Of a stretch of 64,000 nt of DNA, positions 1 through 10,182 are shown one piece after another. This DNA comes from Elusimicrobiota bacterium. Its GTDB lineage: Bacteria > Elusimicrobiota > Elusimicrobia > Elusimicrobiales > UBA9959. The notes under the pieces are model-generated. The model did no database searches and was not told the DNA's origin. It worked only from the letters and a program-made list of their open reading frames with translations. The translations under genes and the position numbers were made by a program. The stretch covers positions 7,125 to 71,124 of the forward strand of contig JAINCQ010000012.1 of the NCBI GenBank assembly GCA_036574205.1, read 5' to 3'. Each line of letters begins with the position of its first letter. The stretch's first letter is position 1.

Positions 1-1024
1 AAAATAATTTAGACATAACCTCTGGATATTTGTCAATTATATTTTTCATATTTCTGTATTGTTTAATAAAATCTATTTCTATTTTTGCAAGTGAATATTT
101 TTCTTTTTTTTCTTCTACAATTTTTAAAAGAAGTTTCTCCATATATTTTAATTTCTCAATATTGTGTTCCCTTACTATCCCACCCGCCTCAGCATAGCTA
201 ATATCACCCTTTATTTCATCAAACATTATAAATCCATCATACCCTTCTGTATTTTCAGGCGTCATATTCTCAGGCCATGATGAGATTATATCACTCAAAA
301 TCCTTACAGCATTTGCCATCTGATTTTTAGCACTTCCGGGATGAACACTTTTTCCATAAACTTTTATTTTTACTCCATCTGCATTAAAATTCTCTTTTTC
401 AACCGTCCCAAGTAAATCACCATCAAAGGTGTATCCAAAATCAGCATCAAGTTTTTTTAAATCAAGCTTATCCACCCCTCTCCCTATCTCTTCATCAGGA
501 GTAAACAATATTCTAATATTTGGATATTTAATATCCTTGCTTGAAAGAAGATACTCTACCAATGTCATTATTATCGCTATGCCAGCCTTATCATCCGCTC
601 CTAACAATGTATTACCACTTGCAGTTACAATATCATGACCGATATGTTCTTTTAAAACAGGGCAATTTTTAGTATCAAGGTATAACCCTTCCCCTATATC
701 GACTCTATTACCTTTATAATCTTGATAAAGTTTTACTTTAACCCTTTTAGCAGTATATGCGGGGGAGGTATCCATATGAGCTATAAATGCTATTTTCTTT
801 TGTGAATTACAATTTGAATCTATTTTCCCAAAAATATATGAATATTTATCCATAAAACTTTTTTTTACTCCAATTTCTTTCAATTCTTTTAAAAGAATTT
901 TTGCAAATTTAGTTTGAGAAGCTGTAGAAGGATATGTTAAAGATTTTGGATCTGAGGTAGTCTCAATTTCACAATATTTTTTTAATCTATCAAATAATTT
1001 CCTCTTTAAAATCTCTTTATTCAT
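1..1024 (-). CDS. pepT: Peptidase T (M20B tripeptide aminopeptidase), 3' end runs off the window
   Basis: Not in the ORF track (no stop in window). Hand translation from ATG 1024 (SD GGAGGA at 1031-1036): MNKEILKRKLFDRLKKYCEIETTSDPKSLTYPST...AHMDTSP...LLGADDKAGIA...FTPDEEIGRG...GKSVHPGSAKNQMANA, all PepT motifs. Confidence 0.92.
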   Translation of the reverse strand, partial: MNKEILKRKLFDRLKKYCEIETTSDPKSLTYPSTASQTKFAKILLKELKEIGVKKSFMDKYSYIFGKIDSNCNSQKKIAFIAHMDTSPAYTAKRVKVKLYQDYKGNRVDIGEGLYLDTKNCPVLKEHIGHDIVTASGNTLLGADDKAGIAIIMTLVEYLLSSKDIKYPNIRILFTPDEEIGRGVDKLDLKKLDADFGYTFDGDLLGTVEKENFNADGVKIKVYGKSVHPGSAKNQMANAVRILSDIISSWPENMTPENTEGYDGFIMFDEIKGDISYAEAGGIVREHNIEKLKYMEKLLLKIVEEKKEKYSLAKIEIDFIKQYRNMKNIIDKYPEVMSKLF

Positions 1025-1257
1025 AATAATTCCTCCATTTCATTTATTATCAAAATGATAATTTAATTCTATAATTTAATTCATTAAAAATCAAATTTAA
1101 AATATGCTTATAATTTTATACAAAAAAGATAAGGATATGTTACAGGTTATATTAAAATTAGGTTTTCATACAGTCGTTATATATCTAAATTTTTTTATTT
1201 TTTAAAAATTATATATAATTTTATTAATATACCAACTAAATTACAAGGAGGAATGAA

Positions 1258-1881
1258 ATGGGCTTAATTCCAAAAGAGACAAAATTTTTTGATATGACCG
1301 TCGAACAAATTAACCAGATAGAAGAAGCGGTAAAATACCTTAAAGCAATAATTAAAAAAGAAGATTTTTCAGAAGATAGCATAAAAAAGATAAAAGAAAT
1401 GGAACAGAAATGCGATACCATATCTCATGAGATAATAGATATTTTAAATGAAACTTTTATAACACCGATAGATAGAGAGGATATACATAAAATTGTAAAT
1501 GAAATTGACGATATAATGGATCTTTTAAATGTTGTGGCAAACAGGCTATATATATATAAAATAAAAAGCGTAAAAAATACTTATCTTCCAGAGTTCATTG
1601 AAAATATTTCAGAAGCTATAATTGCTGTTAAAAATGCCATAATAAATTTAAAAGAAATAAAGAAGACAAGAAGAATTTTAGAATACTGTATAGAAATAAA
1701 CCGTCTTGAAAACGGAGGAGATTCTATAAGGGAAAAAGCCATAATGGATTTATTTGAAAAAGAAAAAGATCCGGTAAATATAATTAAATGGAAAGAAATA
1801 TATGAGGTTTCAGAAACAATACTTGATGCATGCGAAAAAGTTGCAAGAACAATAGAAGAGGTCCTGGTAAAAAATGGATAA
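1258..1881 (+). CDS. DUF47/PhoU-like phosphate transport regulator
   Basis: E..CD, FITPIDREDI, LENxGD and D.CE motifs; overlaps the downstream PiT gene; SD AAGGAGG. Confidence 0.9.
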   Translation: MGLIPKETKFFDMTVEQINQIEEAVKYLKAIIKKEDFSEDSIKKIKEMEQKCDTISHEIIDILNETFITPIDREDIHKIVNEIDDIMDLLNVVANRLYIYKIKSVKNTYLPEFIENISEAIIAVKNAIINLKEIKKTRRILEYCIEINRLENGGDSIREKAIMDLFEKEKDPVNIIKWKEIYEVSETILDACEKVARTIEEVLVKNG

Positions 1882-2872
1882 TAATACATTAACAATAACT
1901 TTTATAATATTTATAGCTTTAGTTTTTGACTTTTATAATGGAGCAAATGATGCGGCTAATTCAATATCAACTATAGTAGCTACAAAAGTTTTAAAACCAT
2001 TTTATGCAGTTCTCTGGGCAATGTTTTTTAATTTTATTTCTTTCTTAATAGTAGGAACGGCAGTTGCAAAAACTGTTGGGAAAGGAATAATAGATATAAA
2101 CATAGTGGATAACTATCTAATTGCTTCAGCTATGATTGGAGCATCTTTATGGACAATGTTATGCACAAAGTTAGGACTTCCTATAAGCGCGTCTCATGCT
2201 CTTGTCGGTGGACTAATAGGGTCAGCGATAGCAAAAGCAGGTTTTGGCGCAATTATTAAATCAGGCTTATATACGGTTGGATTATTTATAATTCTTTCCC
2301 CCCTTATAGGACTAATACTCGGCAGTATAATAATGATTCTTTTATTAAATATTTTTAAACGAACAAAACCATATAAGATTGAAGGAATTTTTAAAAAAGG
2401 ACAATTATTATCCTCAGCATTATACTCAATAGGTCATGGTGGAAATGATGCTCAAAAAACAGCTGGAATTATTTCAACTTTATTATTTGCAAACGGATAT
2501 TTAGGTGAGACTTTCTATGTACCTATTTGGGTAGCTTTAATATCATATGCAACTATTGCGTTGGGGACACTGTCGGGTGGGTGGAAAGTAGTAAATACTT
2601 TAGGTCATAAATTAACAAAATTAAGACCTGTGGATGGTTTTGCAGCAGAATTTGGGGCAGCAATTACCTTACATACCGTTACCTTTTTAGGAATACCTGT
2701 AAGCACAACCCATACCATAACAGGCTCAATTATGGGAGTCGGAGCTATTAAAAGAATGCATTCTGTTAGATGGGGAGTATCAAAAAGAATAATCTGGGCA
2801 TGGGCACTTACAATACCGGGAAGCGCGTTAATTGCAAGTATTTCATATTATATTTCCAGAGCTATAAATTAA
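1874..2872 (+). CDS. Inorganic phosphate transporter, PiT family
   Basis: NGANDAANSIST and HGGNDAQK signatures, GLPISASHAL and GIPVSTTH; multi-TM. Confidence 0.95.
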   Translation: MDNNTLTITFIIFIALVFDFYNGANDAANSISTIVATKVLKPFYAVLWAMFFNFISFLIVGTAVAKTVGKGIIDINIVDNYLIASAMIGASLWTMLCTKLGLPISASHALVGGLIGSAIAKAGFGAIIKSGLYTVGLFIILSPLIGLILGSIIMILLLNIFKRTKPYKIEGIFKKGQLLSSALYSIGHGGNDAQKTAGIISTLLFANGYLGETFYVPIWVALISYATIALGTLSGGWKVVNTLGHKLTKLRPVDGFAAEFGAAITLHTVTFLGIPVSTTHTITGSIMGVGAIKRMHSVRWGVSKRIIWAWALTIPGSALIASISYYISRAIN

Positions 2873-2886
2873 TTTAAGGAGGAATT

Positions 2887-3861
2887 ATGGTTTCATACAA
2901 AGAACTTGGTTTTGTTAATACAAAACAGATGTTCATAGACGCTATGAAAAATGGCTATGCTGTTCCAGCCTATAACTTCAATAATATGGAGCAACTTCAA
3001 GCTATTATAACCGCATGTGTGAAATCCCGTTCTCCAGTGATTTTACAGGTTTCAAAAGGCGCAAGAGATTATGCTAATTCCACACTTTTAAGATGGATGG
3101 GAAAAGGAGCGATAGAGATGATGAAAGAAATGACAGATAAACCCATACCTATTGCCCTTCATTTAGATCATGGAGACTCATTTGAACTCTGTAAAGCTTG
3201 TATAGACAATGGTTTTTCTTCAGTTATGATAGATGGATCTCACCTACCATATGAGCAAAATGTAGAAATAACGAGAAAAGTAGTTGAATATGCTCATAAA
3301 TATGATGTAACAGTTGAAGGAGAGCTTGGAGTTTTAGCTGGGATAGAAGAACATGTTTCAAGCGAAAAATCTCATTATACCAACCCCGATGATGTAGAAG
3401 ATTTTGTTAAGAAAACAGGTGTGGATTCTCTTGCCATATCAATTGGAACAAGCCATGGAGCTTATAAATTTAAGGTTAAACCTGGCCAGACTATACCACC
3501 TTTAAGATTTGATATACTTGAAGAAATAGAAAAAAGAATACCAGGTTTTCCAATAGTATTACACGGAGCTTCAAGCGTATTACAGGAATATATTGAGATA
3601 ATAAATAAATATGGTGGCAAAATGGAAAATGCAGTTGGAATACCTGAAGAACAACTTAGAAGAGCAGCAAAAAGCGCAGTTTGTAAAATAAACATAGACT
3701 CAGATGGCAGACTTGTAATGACTGCAATAATAAGGAAAATTTTTGCTGAAAAACCTCAGGAATTTGATCCAAGAAAATATCTTGGGCCAGCAAGAGATGA
3801 ATTAATAAAAATGTATATTAATAAAAATGAAAAAGTTCTGGGTTCAGCTAATAGAGTTTAG
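2887..3861 (+). CDS. fba: Fructose-1,6-bisphosphate aldolase class II
   Basis: LHLDHG, SVMIDGS, VEGELG, IGTSHGAYK, VLHGASS, KINIDSD, FDPRKYL. Confidence 0.95.
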   Translation: MVSYKELGFVNTKQMFIDAMKNGYAVPAYNFNNMEQLQAIITACVKSRSPVILQVSKGARDYANSTLLRWMGKGAIEMMKEMTDKPIPIALHLDHGDSFELCKACIDNGFSSVMIDGSHLPYEQNVEITRKVVEYAHKYDVTVEGELGVLAGIEEHVSSEKSHYTNPDDVEDFVKKTGVDSLAISIGTSHGAYKFKVKPGQTIPPLRFDILEEIEKRIPGFPIVLHGASSVLQEYIEIINKYGGKMENAVGIPEEQLRRAAKSAVCKINIDSDGRLVMTAIIRKIFAEKPQEFDPRKYLGPARDELIKMYINKNEKVLGSANRV

Positions 3862-4075
3862 ATTAATATTTTTGTGTTTCTATTTATTTAGCTCTTTAAT
3901 TAATTGTATATAATTCCTAAAAAACATCAAGGCAAATTGATGGTGAAAGATAGACTAAAAAGATTGTTTTCATGATGATTAACATAATAAATTAATATAA
4001 AAATTTTATGCTAAATTATGCCAAATAGAATAAGATTTAATAATAACCCAATATATAAGGATTTAAGGAGGCAGG

Positions 4076-6478
4076 ATGGAAAAAGAATTATTTGAAAATG
4101 TTAAACCATCAAAATTTAGTTTAAAAAATAAAAGAGCAAAATATTTTGATATTTCGGATATTATATCAAACTCAAAATATAGACCTGATAATGATGAAAT
4201 AGACTTTTTTGAAAAAACAGATCTAATATACAGGACACTGTGCGCGATATTATATAACTTTGCGCCCACCTCAGGCCATCCCGGAGGAAGTATATCCAGC
4301 GGCAGGATAGTTGAATCGCTTTTATTTGAGAATATGCTTTATGATCTATCTAATCCACAAAGGGAAGACAACGATATAATATCTTATGCAGCAGGACATA
4401 AAGCAATGGGACTTTATGCTATGTGGGCATTAAGAAACGAACTTATTAAATCTTCTAATGAAAATCTTCTACCTCAAGATGAAAGATTTCAGTTAAGGCT
4501 TGAAGATCTTCTTGGTTTTAGAAGAAATCCTGTAAATGATACTCCACTTTTTAAAAAATTTAAATCAAAAGCTCTGGATGGACACCCTTCCCCATTAACA
4601 CCTTTTATAAAACTTTCAACGGGCGCAAGTGGAGTTGGAATGGGATCCTCAATAGGCCTTGCTTATGGAGCAATGGATTCTTTTAGAAAAAACCCTCCAA
4701 AAATAAATATCATAGAGGGAGAAGGAGGATTTACCCCTGGCAGAGTCAGTGAGGCAATAGCTTCAGCTGCAACTTCAAGACTTTATAACGTAATACTTCA
4801 TCTTGATTTCAACCAAGCATCCATTGATTCAAACTCTGTGTGTTTAGAAGATAAAAATGGAGATTATGTTCAGTGGTCTCCAGATGAACTGCTTTTTATA
4901 AATGATTGGAATGTTATAAATGTTGCAAACGGGCTTGATTTCTTTCAAATACTTTCAGCTCAAAAATATTCATCATTAATAGAAACAAACCAGCCAACAG
5001 CCATAATTTATAGAACAATAAAAGGATGGAAATATGGAATAGAAGGTAGGGCATCACATGGAGCAGGGCATAAATTTGCTTCAGATGGTTATTATCAAAC
5101 TCTTTCAGAATTTGAAACAACTTTCAACAAAAAACTACCAAGGTATTGCGCTTCAAAACCAACGCCTGAGTCAATAGAAAAGTGTTTCTATGATACGCTT
5201 ATGATTATACGGGAAACTATAAAAGAAAACAAAAAAATTTCAGAAATGGCCGCTTGTAAAATTGAAAGACTCAAAAAAAAGCTTGATGATTTAAAAAGGC
5301 AAAAAAGTGAAAAATCACCAAAAATAGAAAAAGCATATAAACTTGAAATAGATACTCCGAAAGAATTAGTTATAAAACCTCAGACGGAGATAACACTTAG
5401 AGAAGCTCTTGCAAATTCCCTGAATTATATAAACAAAATCACAGAAGGAGGGATACTTGCTTCAGCAGCAGACCTTTATGGGTCCACAAGTGTCAATCTT
5501 ATAAATAAAGACTTTCCTCAAGGTTTCTATAATGCTATTTCAAATCCAGACTCAAGATTGATTACAGCCGGTGGAATATGCGAAGATGCAATGGGAGCTA
5601 TTGCAAGCGGAATTAGCGCTTTTGGAAATCATATTGGGGTAACTTCATCATATGCCGCTTTTATAGCTCCACTTGAACATATATCTGCAAGGCTACATGC
5701 AATAGGACAGCAGGCAAAGCACGAACTTACAGGCAAACCATATAACCCATTTATAATGATAAATGCTCATGCCGGACCAAAAACCGGGGAAGACGGTCCT
5801 ACTCATGCCGACCCTCAGGCGCTTCAACTTCTATGCGATAACTTTCCAAAAGGAACAATGATAACATTAACCCCATGGGAACCGACAGAGATATGGCCAC
5901 TTATTGCCTATTCATTAAAGTTAAGACCGGCAATAATAGCTCCTTTTGTGACAAGACCTGCTGAAAAAGTAATAAACAGACAGGAATATGGACTTCCTCC
6001 GGCGAAGGAAGCCATAAAGGGAATATATTATTTTATGAAAGCTGATGAAAAATCAAAACCATATCACGGGACTGTTGTCTTGCAGGGTAATGGTGTTGCA
6101 ACTATATTTATAAATGAGGTAATGCCTGAATTAAAAAGGTTAAAATATAACATAAATGTCTTGTATGTTACAAGTAAAGAGTTATTTGATTATCTTGATG
6201 AAGAAGAAAAAAAGAGAATATATCCCAATGAGTTGGCTAGCCATGCCATAGGTATAACTGATTTTACCATTCCAACAATGTATTTCTGGATAAGATCAGA
6301 ATATGGAATAAAAAACTCACTTCATCCATTTAAAAAAGGGAAATATCTTGGAAGCGGCAAAGGAGAAATTGTTTTGAAAGAAGCGGGGCTTGATGCTAAG
6401 TCACAACTTCTAACTATAAAAGAATATGCTAATTTTATAGAAAAAAATTATAAATTTGGGGAGGCAATATGTCTTTAA
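4076..6478 (+). CDS. Transketolase-like ThDP enzyme, long divergent single chain
   Basis: SGHPGGSIS, GHK, DGHP, STGASGVG, SADLYGST, GEDGPTH; ThDP-binding motif reads GEG rather than GDG. Confidence 0.85.
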   Translation: MEKELFENVKPSKFSLKNKRAKYFDISDIISNSKYRPDNDEIDFFEKTDLIYRTLCAILYNFAPTSGHPGGSISSGRIVESLLFENMLYDLSNPQREDNDIISYAAGHKAMGLYAMWALRNELIKSSNENLLPQDERFQLRLEDLLGFRRNPVNDTPLFKKFKSKALDGHPSPLTPFIKLSTGASGVGMGSSIGLAYGAMDSFRKNPPKINIIEGEGGFTPGRVSEAIASAATSRLYNVILHLDFNQASIDSNSVCLEDKNGDYVQWSPDELLFINDWNVINVANGLDFFQILSAQKYSSLIETNQPTAIIYRTIKGWKYGIEGRASHGAGHKFASDGYYQTLSEFETTFNKKLPRYCASKPTPESIEKCFYDTLMIIRETIKENKKISEMAACKIERLKKKLDDLKRQKSEKSPKIEKAYKLEIDTPKELVIKPQTEITLREALANSLNYINKITEGGILASAADLYGSTSVNLINKDFPQGFYNAISNPDSRLITAGGICEDAMGAIASGISAFGNHIGVTSSYAAFIAPLEHISARLHAIGQQAKHELTGKPYNPFIMINAHAGPKTGEDGPTHADPQALQLLCDNFPKGTMITLTPWEPTEIWPLIAYSLKLRPAIIAPFVTRPAEKVINRQEYGLPPAKEAIKGIYYFMKADEKSKPYHGTVVLQGNGVATIFINEVMPELKRLKYNINVLYVTSKELFDYLDEEEKKRIYPNELASHAIGITDFTIPTMYFWIRSEYGIKNSLHPFKKGKYLGSGKGEIVLKEAGLDAKSQLLTIKEYANFIEKNYKFGEAICL

Positions 6479-6924
6479 TAGAAAAACCTTATCTTCTTGG
6501 AAGGAGTTTTGTATTTTCAATTACAAAAGGAGAAGATCTTCTTCCACTGCTTACCGATTTTTGTAAAGAAAATCAGATAAAATTCGGAATCATCACTGCT
6601 GCTATTGGAGCAGTTAATAAAGCGACATTTGGCATTTATGATCAGAAAAACAAAAAATACAATAAGATAACTATGGAAAAAGAACTTGAAATACTTTCAC
6701 TTCAAGGAAATATAAGCATTTACGAACATAAACCTATGATTCATGCTCATATTACTCTTTCAGATTCATCCGGAAATTCTTTTGGAGGGCATCTCATGTC
6801 CCCAACAATTGTATTCTCCTGCGAGATTATGATACAGGAATTAACAGGAAGCGAACCTAAAACCAGAAAATCAGATAAATCCGTAGAACTTCTTCTGTGG
6901 CCAAATCCGCTTTCTCAAAAATGA
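6469..6924 (+). CDS. PPC/DUF296 domain protein
   Basis: GEDL, AIGAV, LEILSLQGNI, HAHITLSD..G..FGGHL. Confidence 0.9.
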   Translation: MSLIEKPYLLGRSFVFSITKGEDLLPLLTDFCKENQIKFGIITAAIGAVNKATFGIYDQKNKKYNKITMEKELEILSLQGNISIYEHKPMIHAHITLSDSSGNSFGGHLMSPTIVFSCEIMIQELTGSEPKTRKSDKSVELLLWPNPLSQK

Positions 6925-7823
6925 ATTTTTATTCAAATTATAAGGCGGGATTTATATCCATATCTGGCTTGCCAAATTCAGGGAAATCCACACTATTAAA
7001 TGCCATATGTAAGACAAATCTTTCAGCAGTTTCTCCTAAACCACAGACTACAAGATATCATATTAAGGGAATAATAACTGAAGAAAACTATCAAATGGTC
7101 TTTATAGACACCCCAGGTTTTCTTACCCCAAAAACAAAGATTGAAAAAATAATGAAAACTGAAACTGATAGAGCCATAAAAGATGATGCGGATATAATTC
7201 TTTTGGTTATAGAACCTGATACTAAATATTTTGAAAAGAATAAAGATTTTTTTATATTAATATCTAAATTTAAAAAACAAATCATTGCAGCAATAAACAA
7301 AATAGATGCACACTCTATACAGGAAATAAATGAAATAAAAAAGGCAATAATAGAAATTTATGGCAATATTCAAATAATTGAAATATCCGCTCTTAAAAGA
7401 ATAGGTCTTGATGAATTAAAAAAAAAGATAGCGGAAAATCTTCCTTTTTCCCCTCCATATTATTATGATGATATCCTTTCTGATAAGTGGGAAAGATATT
7501 TCGTATGCGAGATAATAAGAGAACAAATATTCAATTTATATCGCGATGAAATTCCATACTCAACAGAAGTAGGAATAGAATATTTTAGAGAAAATCAAAC
7601 ACCTCTGGATATACTTGCTAATATATATGTTTCAAAAAAGAGTCACAAACCTATATTATTAGGACAACAGGGAAAAGCAATAAAAAAACTCAGGGAAACA
7701 TCTCTGCGTAAAATAGAATCTTTTCTTGGGAAAAAGGTACGACTTGAACTTTTTGTAAAAATAAGAGAAGACTGGCAAAATGATTTAACATTCATAAACA
7801 ATCTTATAAGGGATTACAAATGA
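6921..7823 (+). CDS. era: GTPase Era
   Basis: GLPNSGKSTLLN, PQTTR, DTPG, NKID, EIIREQIF, EIPYS and KH-like C-terminus; ATG 6921 overlaps the upstream stop (ATGA). Confidence 0.95.
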   Translation: MNFYSNYKAGFISISGLPNSGKSTLLNAICKTNLSAVSPKPQTTRYHIKGIITEENYQMVFIDTPGFLTPKTKIEKIMKTETDRAIKDDADIILLVIEPDTKYFEKNKDFFILISKFKKQIIAAINKIDAHSIQEINEIKKAIIEIYGNIQIIEISALKRIGLDELKKKIAENLPFSPPYYYDDILSDKWERYFVCEIIREQIFNLYRDEIPYSTEVGIEYFRENQTPLDILANIYVSKKSHKPILLGQQGKAIKKLRETSLRKIESFLGKKVRLELFVKIREDWQNDLTFINNLIRDYK

Positions 7824-8245
7824 AAAACGTAACCATAAACAAAATAAATATTTTTTTGTTTATGGTCTGGATGGAGGTTATAATATTCGTAGTTTCTCTT
7901 ATAGTTTCCTTATATATAATAAAGCCTTTTTCAAGTTTAATAATAGAAAAATATAATAATTTTACACTTTATGAGGCAATAAGAATATCTATCCTTTTTA
8001 TTTTAATAAGTTTATTGCAAATTCTTTACAAAAAAATTCTTATGAGATTTTGGAAAATAAATATTAAACTGCTTTTTTTTATTATAAATTCTTCGTGGCT
8101 ATCTCTTTTTCTAATTCAAAGAATTATCGGAAAAACTATGCTGGCAAAATACTCACTAATATATATCGGAATATTTTTATGTTTTATGCTTCCATACTCA
8201 ACTGAATTAAAATTATTGATAAAAAATAAATCTATTAAAAATTAA
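7820..8245 (+). CDS. Hypothetical membrane protein (~4 TM)
   Basis: ATGA-coupled to era; four hydrophobic segments; no recognised motif. Confidence 0.65.
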   Translation: MKNVTINKINIFLFMVWMEVIIFVVSLIVSLYIIKPFSSLIIEKYNNFTLYEAIRISILFILISLLQILYKKILMRFWKINIKLLFFIINSSWLSLFLIQRIIGKTMLAKYSLIYIGIFLCFMLPYSTELKLLIKNKSIKN

Positions 8246-8260
8246 AATTATAAGCTAAAT

Positions 8261-9304
8261 TTACTTTTCCCATACCCCATATATTTCAAAGCCACATTCT
8301 GGGCAAAAACCCTTTCCATCTTTTATAAAAAGATTATTTTCAATAAGACTCATATAACCTCTTTTAATAAGAATTGCTTTACATTTTGGACAAAAAGTAG
8401 AAGAATTTTTTGTGTTATAATTTCCTCCATAAACATAATTAAGCCCTTTTTCTTTCGCTTTTTCTATAAGTTTTTCAATTAAAACTGGATTTGTTTCTTT
8501 TATCTCGTTCATTTTATAATCAGGATGAAATTTTGTCAGATGCCAGGGGATATCAGGTGAAAGTTTCTTTATGAAATCTGCCATTTTTTCAATCTCATCT
8601 ATAGAATCATTAAACCCCTCAACTATAAGAGTAACAAACTCAACATGAATTTTATTCTTACAAATCATCTCTATAGAATCTATTAAAAAATCAAGATTTG
8701 CGCCACAAAGATGATTAAACTTTTCTTTATTAAAACTTTTAAAATCTATCTTTATAAAATCAAGAAAATTTTTTATATAATCAAAAGCCTGTTTGGTTAT
8801 ATAACCATTAGAAACAAAACCAGTCTTGATCTTTGGATTTTTCTTTTTAGCTAATTCAAATATATCTTTTGCCCATTCAACTGTTATAGTAGGTTCATTA
8901 TATGTAGAAACAATAATATCAAGATTATTGCTGGAAAGGATATTTAAGAAATCCGGGGGTGAGATCTCTTTTATATATATTATTTTTTCTTTTAGATTTA
9001 AAATCTGTGATATCTCATAATTTTGACAATACAAACATCTAAAATTACACCCCAACATTCCAAAGGAAAGAGTAAAATGCCCCGGCAGAAAATGATAGAG
9101 AGGTTTTTTTTCTATCGGATCAATATTAAGAGATGAAACATACCCATAAGGAACTACTCCAACACCACCGTCATTTACTCTAACCCCACAAAAACCAGTT
9201 TTGCCTTTATCTATGATGCATCCATGTCTACAGGCTAAACATTTTATTTTATCACCTTTATTTATAAAAAGTGGAGATTTAATTGTCATGCTATGAAAAT
9301 TCAT
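8261..9304 (-). CDS. amrS: AmmeMemoRadiSam system radical SAM enzyme
   Basis: C.AC.H.C, G.CGVR, DPIEKKPLYHFLPG, GCNFRCLYCQN, TYNEP, WH..FHPDYKM, C-terminal CPKC/CPECG. Confidence 0.93.
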   Translation of the reverse strand: MNFHSMTIKSPLFINKGDKIKCLACRHGCIIDKGKTGFCGVRVNDGGVGVVPYGYVSSLNIDPIEKKPLYHFLPGHFTLSFGMLGCNFRCLYCQNYEISQILNLKEKIIYIKEISPPDFLNILSSNNLDIIVSTYNEPTITVEWAKDIFELAKKKNPKIKTGFVSNGYITKQAFDYIKNFLDFIKIDFKSFNKEKFNHLCGANLDFLIDSIEMICKNKIHVEFVTLIVEGFNDSIDEIEKMADFIKKLSPDIPWHLTKFHPDYKMNEIKETNPVLIEKLIEKAKEKGLNYVYGGNYNTKNSSTFCPKCKAILIKRGYMSLIENNLFIKDGKGFCPECGFEIYGVWEK

Positions 9305-10182
9305 ATCGCAAATACATTAAGACATTTATGCAAAATGCTTATTTCAATCTCACCCTCTGATAGATAATCCTCACCATCAAGATGATAAACAGTCCCTTTT
9401 GGAATTATTATCTTAAAGTTTTTTGCTCTAAAAGATTTTACAAACTCATTTTCCAGAATCTTTGAATTAAAAAGAGAATTAATTTTTAAAAGTGTTTTAA
9501 AAAATCCCGGGTTTTCAATTACTACAAACTCCAAAAAACCATCATCAATTATCGAATTTGGGCTTATAATAGCTCCGCCACCATATTGCATCCCATTAGC
9601 TACAGTTGCTATGATTGGCTGAAAAACATATCTTTTCCCATCTATAAAAACCTTGGTTTTTTTGGGTTTAAACCTGAAATAGGAAAAAACGCCATGAATA
9701 AAATAAGGCAACAAACCTCTTAAATTAGTTTTATGATTAAAAAGATATGCGACCTCAGCATCAAACCCCATTCCACATGTTGAAATAAATATATTCCCAT
9801 TTGCCAGACCACAATCTATTTTCCTTATTTTGTTTTTAAAGATAACATCAACTGCTTTTGATATATCAAGTGGCAAAAAAAGGTTTCTTGCCAGGCCGTT
9901 ACCTGAACCTGCTGGAAGTATTCCTAAATTTATATTTTCTTTTCCGACAATAATTTCAGCTACCTCTTTTATTGTTCCATCCCCTCCTGCAACAATAATA
10001 TTGGGATAACCATTGTTTACATATCTAAGAACTATCTCCTTAGAATGATTTTTATATCTGGTGTATTCTATTGAAAATAAAGCATCTTTTTTTGAAAATT
10101 TTTCCTTTATCTTCTTCTCAATGCTTTTATTAAACTTAACGCCGGATTTTGGATTAATAATAAAAAGATATCTATTCATCAA
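9301..10182 (-). CDS. Diacylglycerol/lipid kinase family (DgkB/YegS-like)
   Basis: IINPKSG, AGGDGT, LPAGSGNGLAR, GFDA, YGGG, DGE; start 10182 or 10179. Confidence 0.92.
   Translation of the reverse strand: MMNRYLFIINPKSGVKFNKSIEKKIKEKFSKKDALFSIEYTRYKNHSKEIVLRYVNNGYPNIIVAGGDGTIKEVAEIIVGKENINLGILPAGSGNGLARNLFLPLDISKAVDVIFKNKIRKIDCGLANGNIFISTCGMGFDAEVAYLFNHKTNLRGLLPYFIHGVFSYFRFKPKKTKVFIDGKRYVFQPIIATVANGMQYGGGAIISPNSIIDDGFLEFVVIENPGFFKTLLKINSLFNSKILENEFVKSFRAKNFKIIIPKGTVYHLDGEDYLSEGEIEISILHKCLNVFAI

Noticed and set aside
1046-1062. Palindrome ATTATCA-AAA-TGATAAT upstream of pepT, Fur-box-like
   Set aside because: Half-sites are in the opposite orientation and spacing to the 7-1-7 Fur box; nearly all A/T, so plausible by chance
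1138-1182. Possible Pho box upstream of DUF47-PiT (TTTTCAT-4-TCGTTAT)
   Set aside because: Too degenerate, and the 11-bp periodicity does not extend convincingly
3925-3965. catcaa-ggcaaa-ttgatg hairpin resembling the start of a c-di-GMP-I riboswitch
   Set aside because: Lacks the downstream GACGCAAA/P2 elements; only a 6-bp stem
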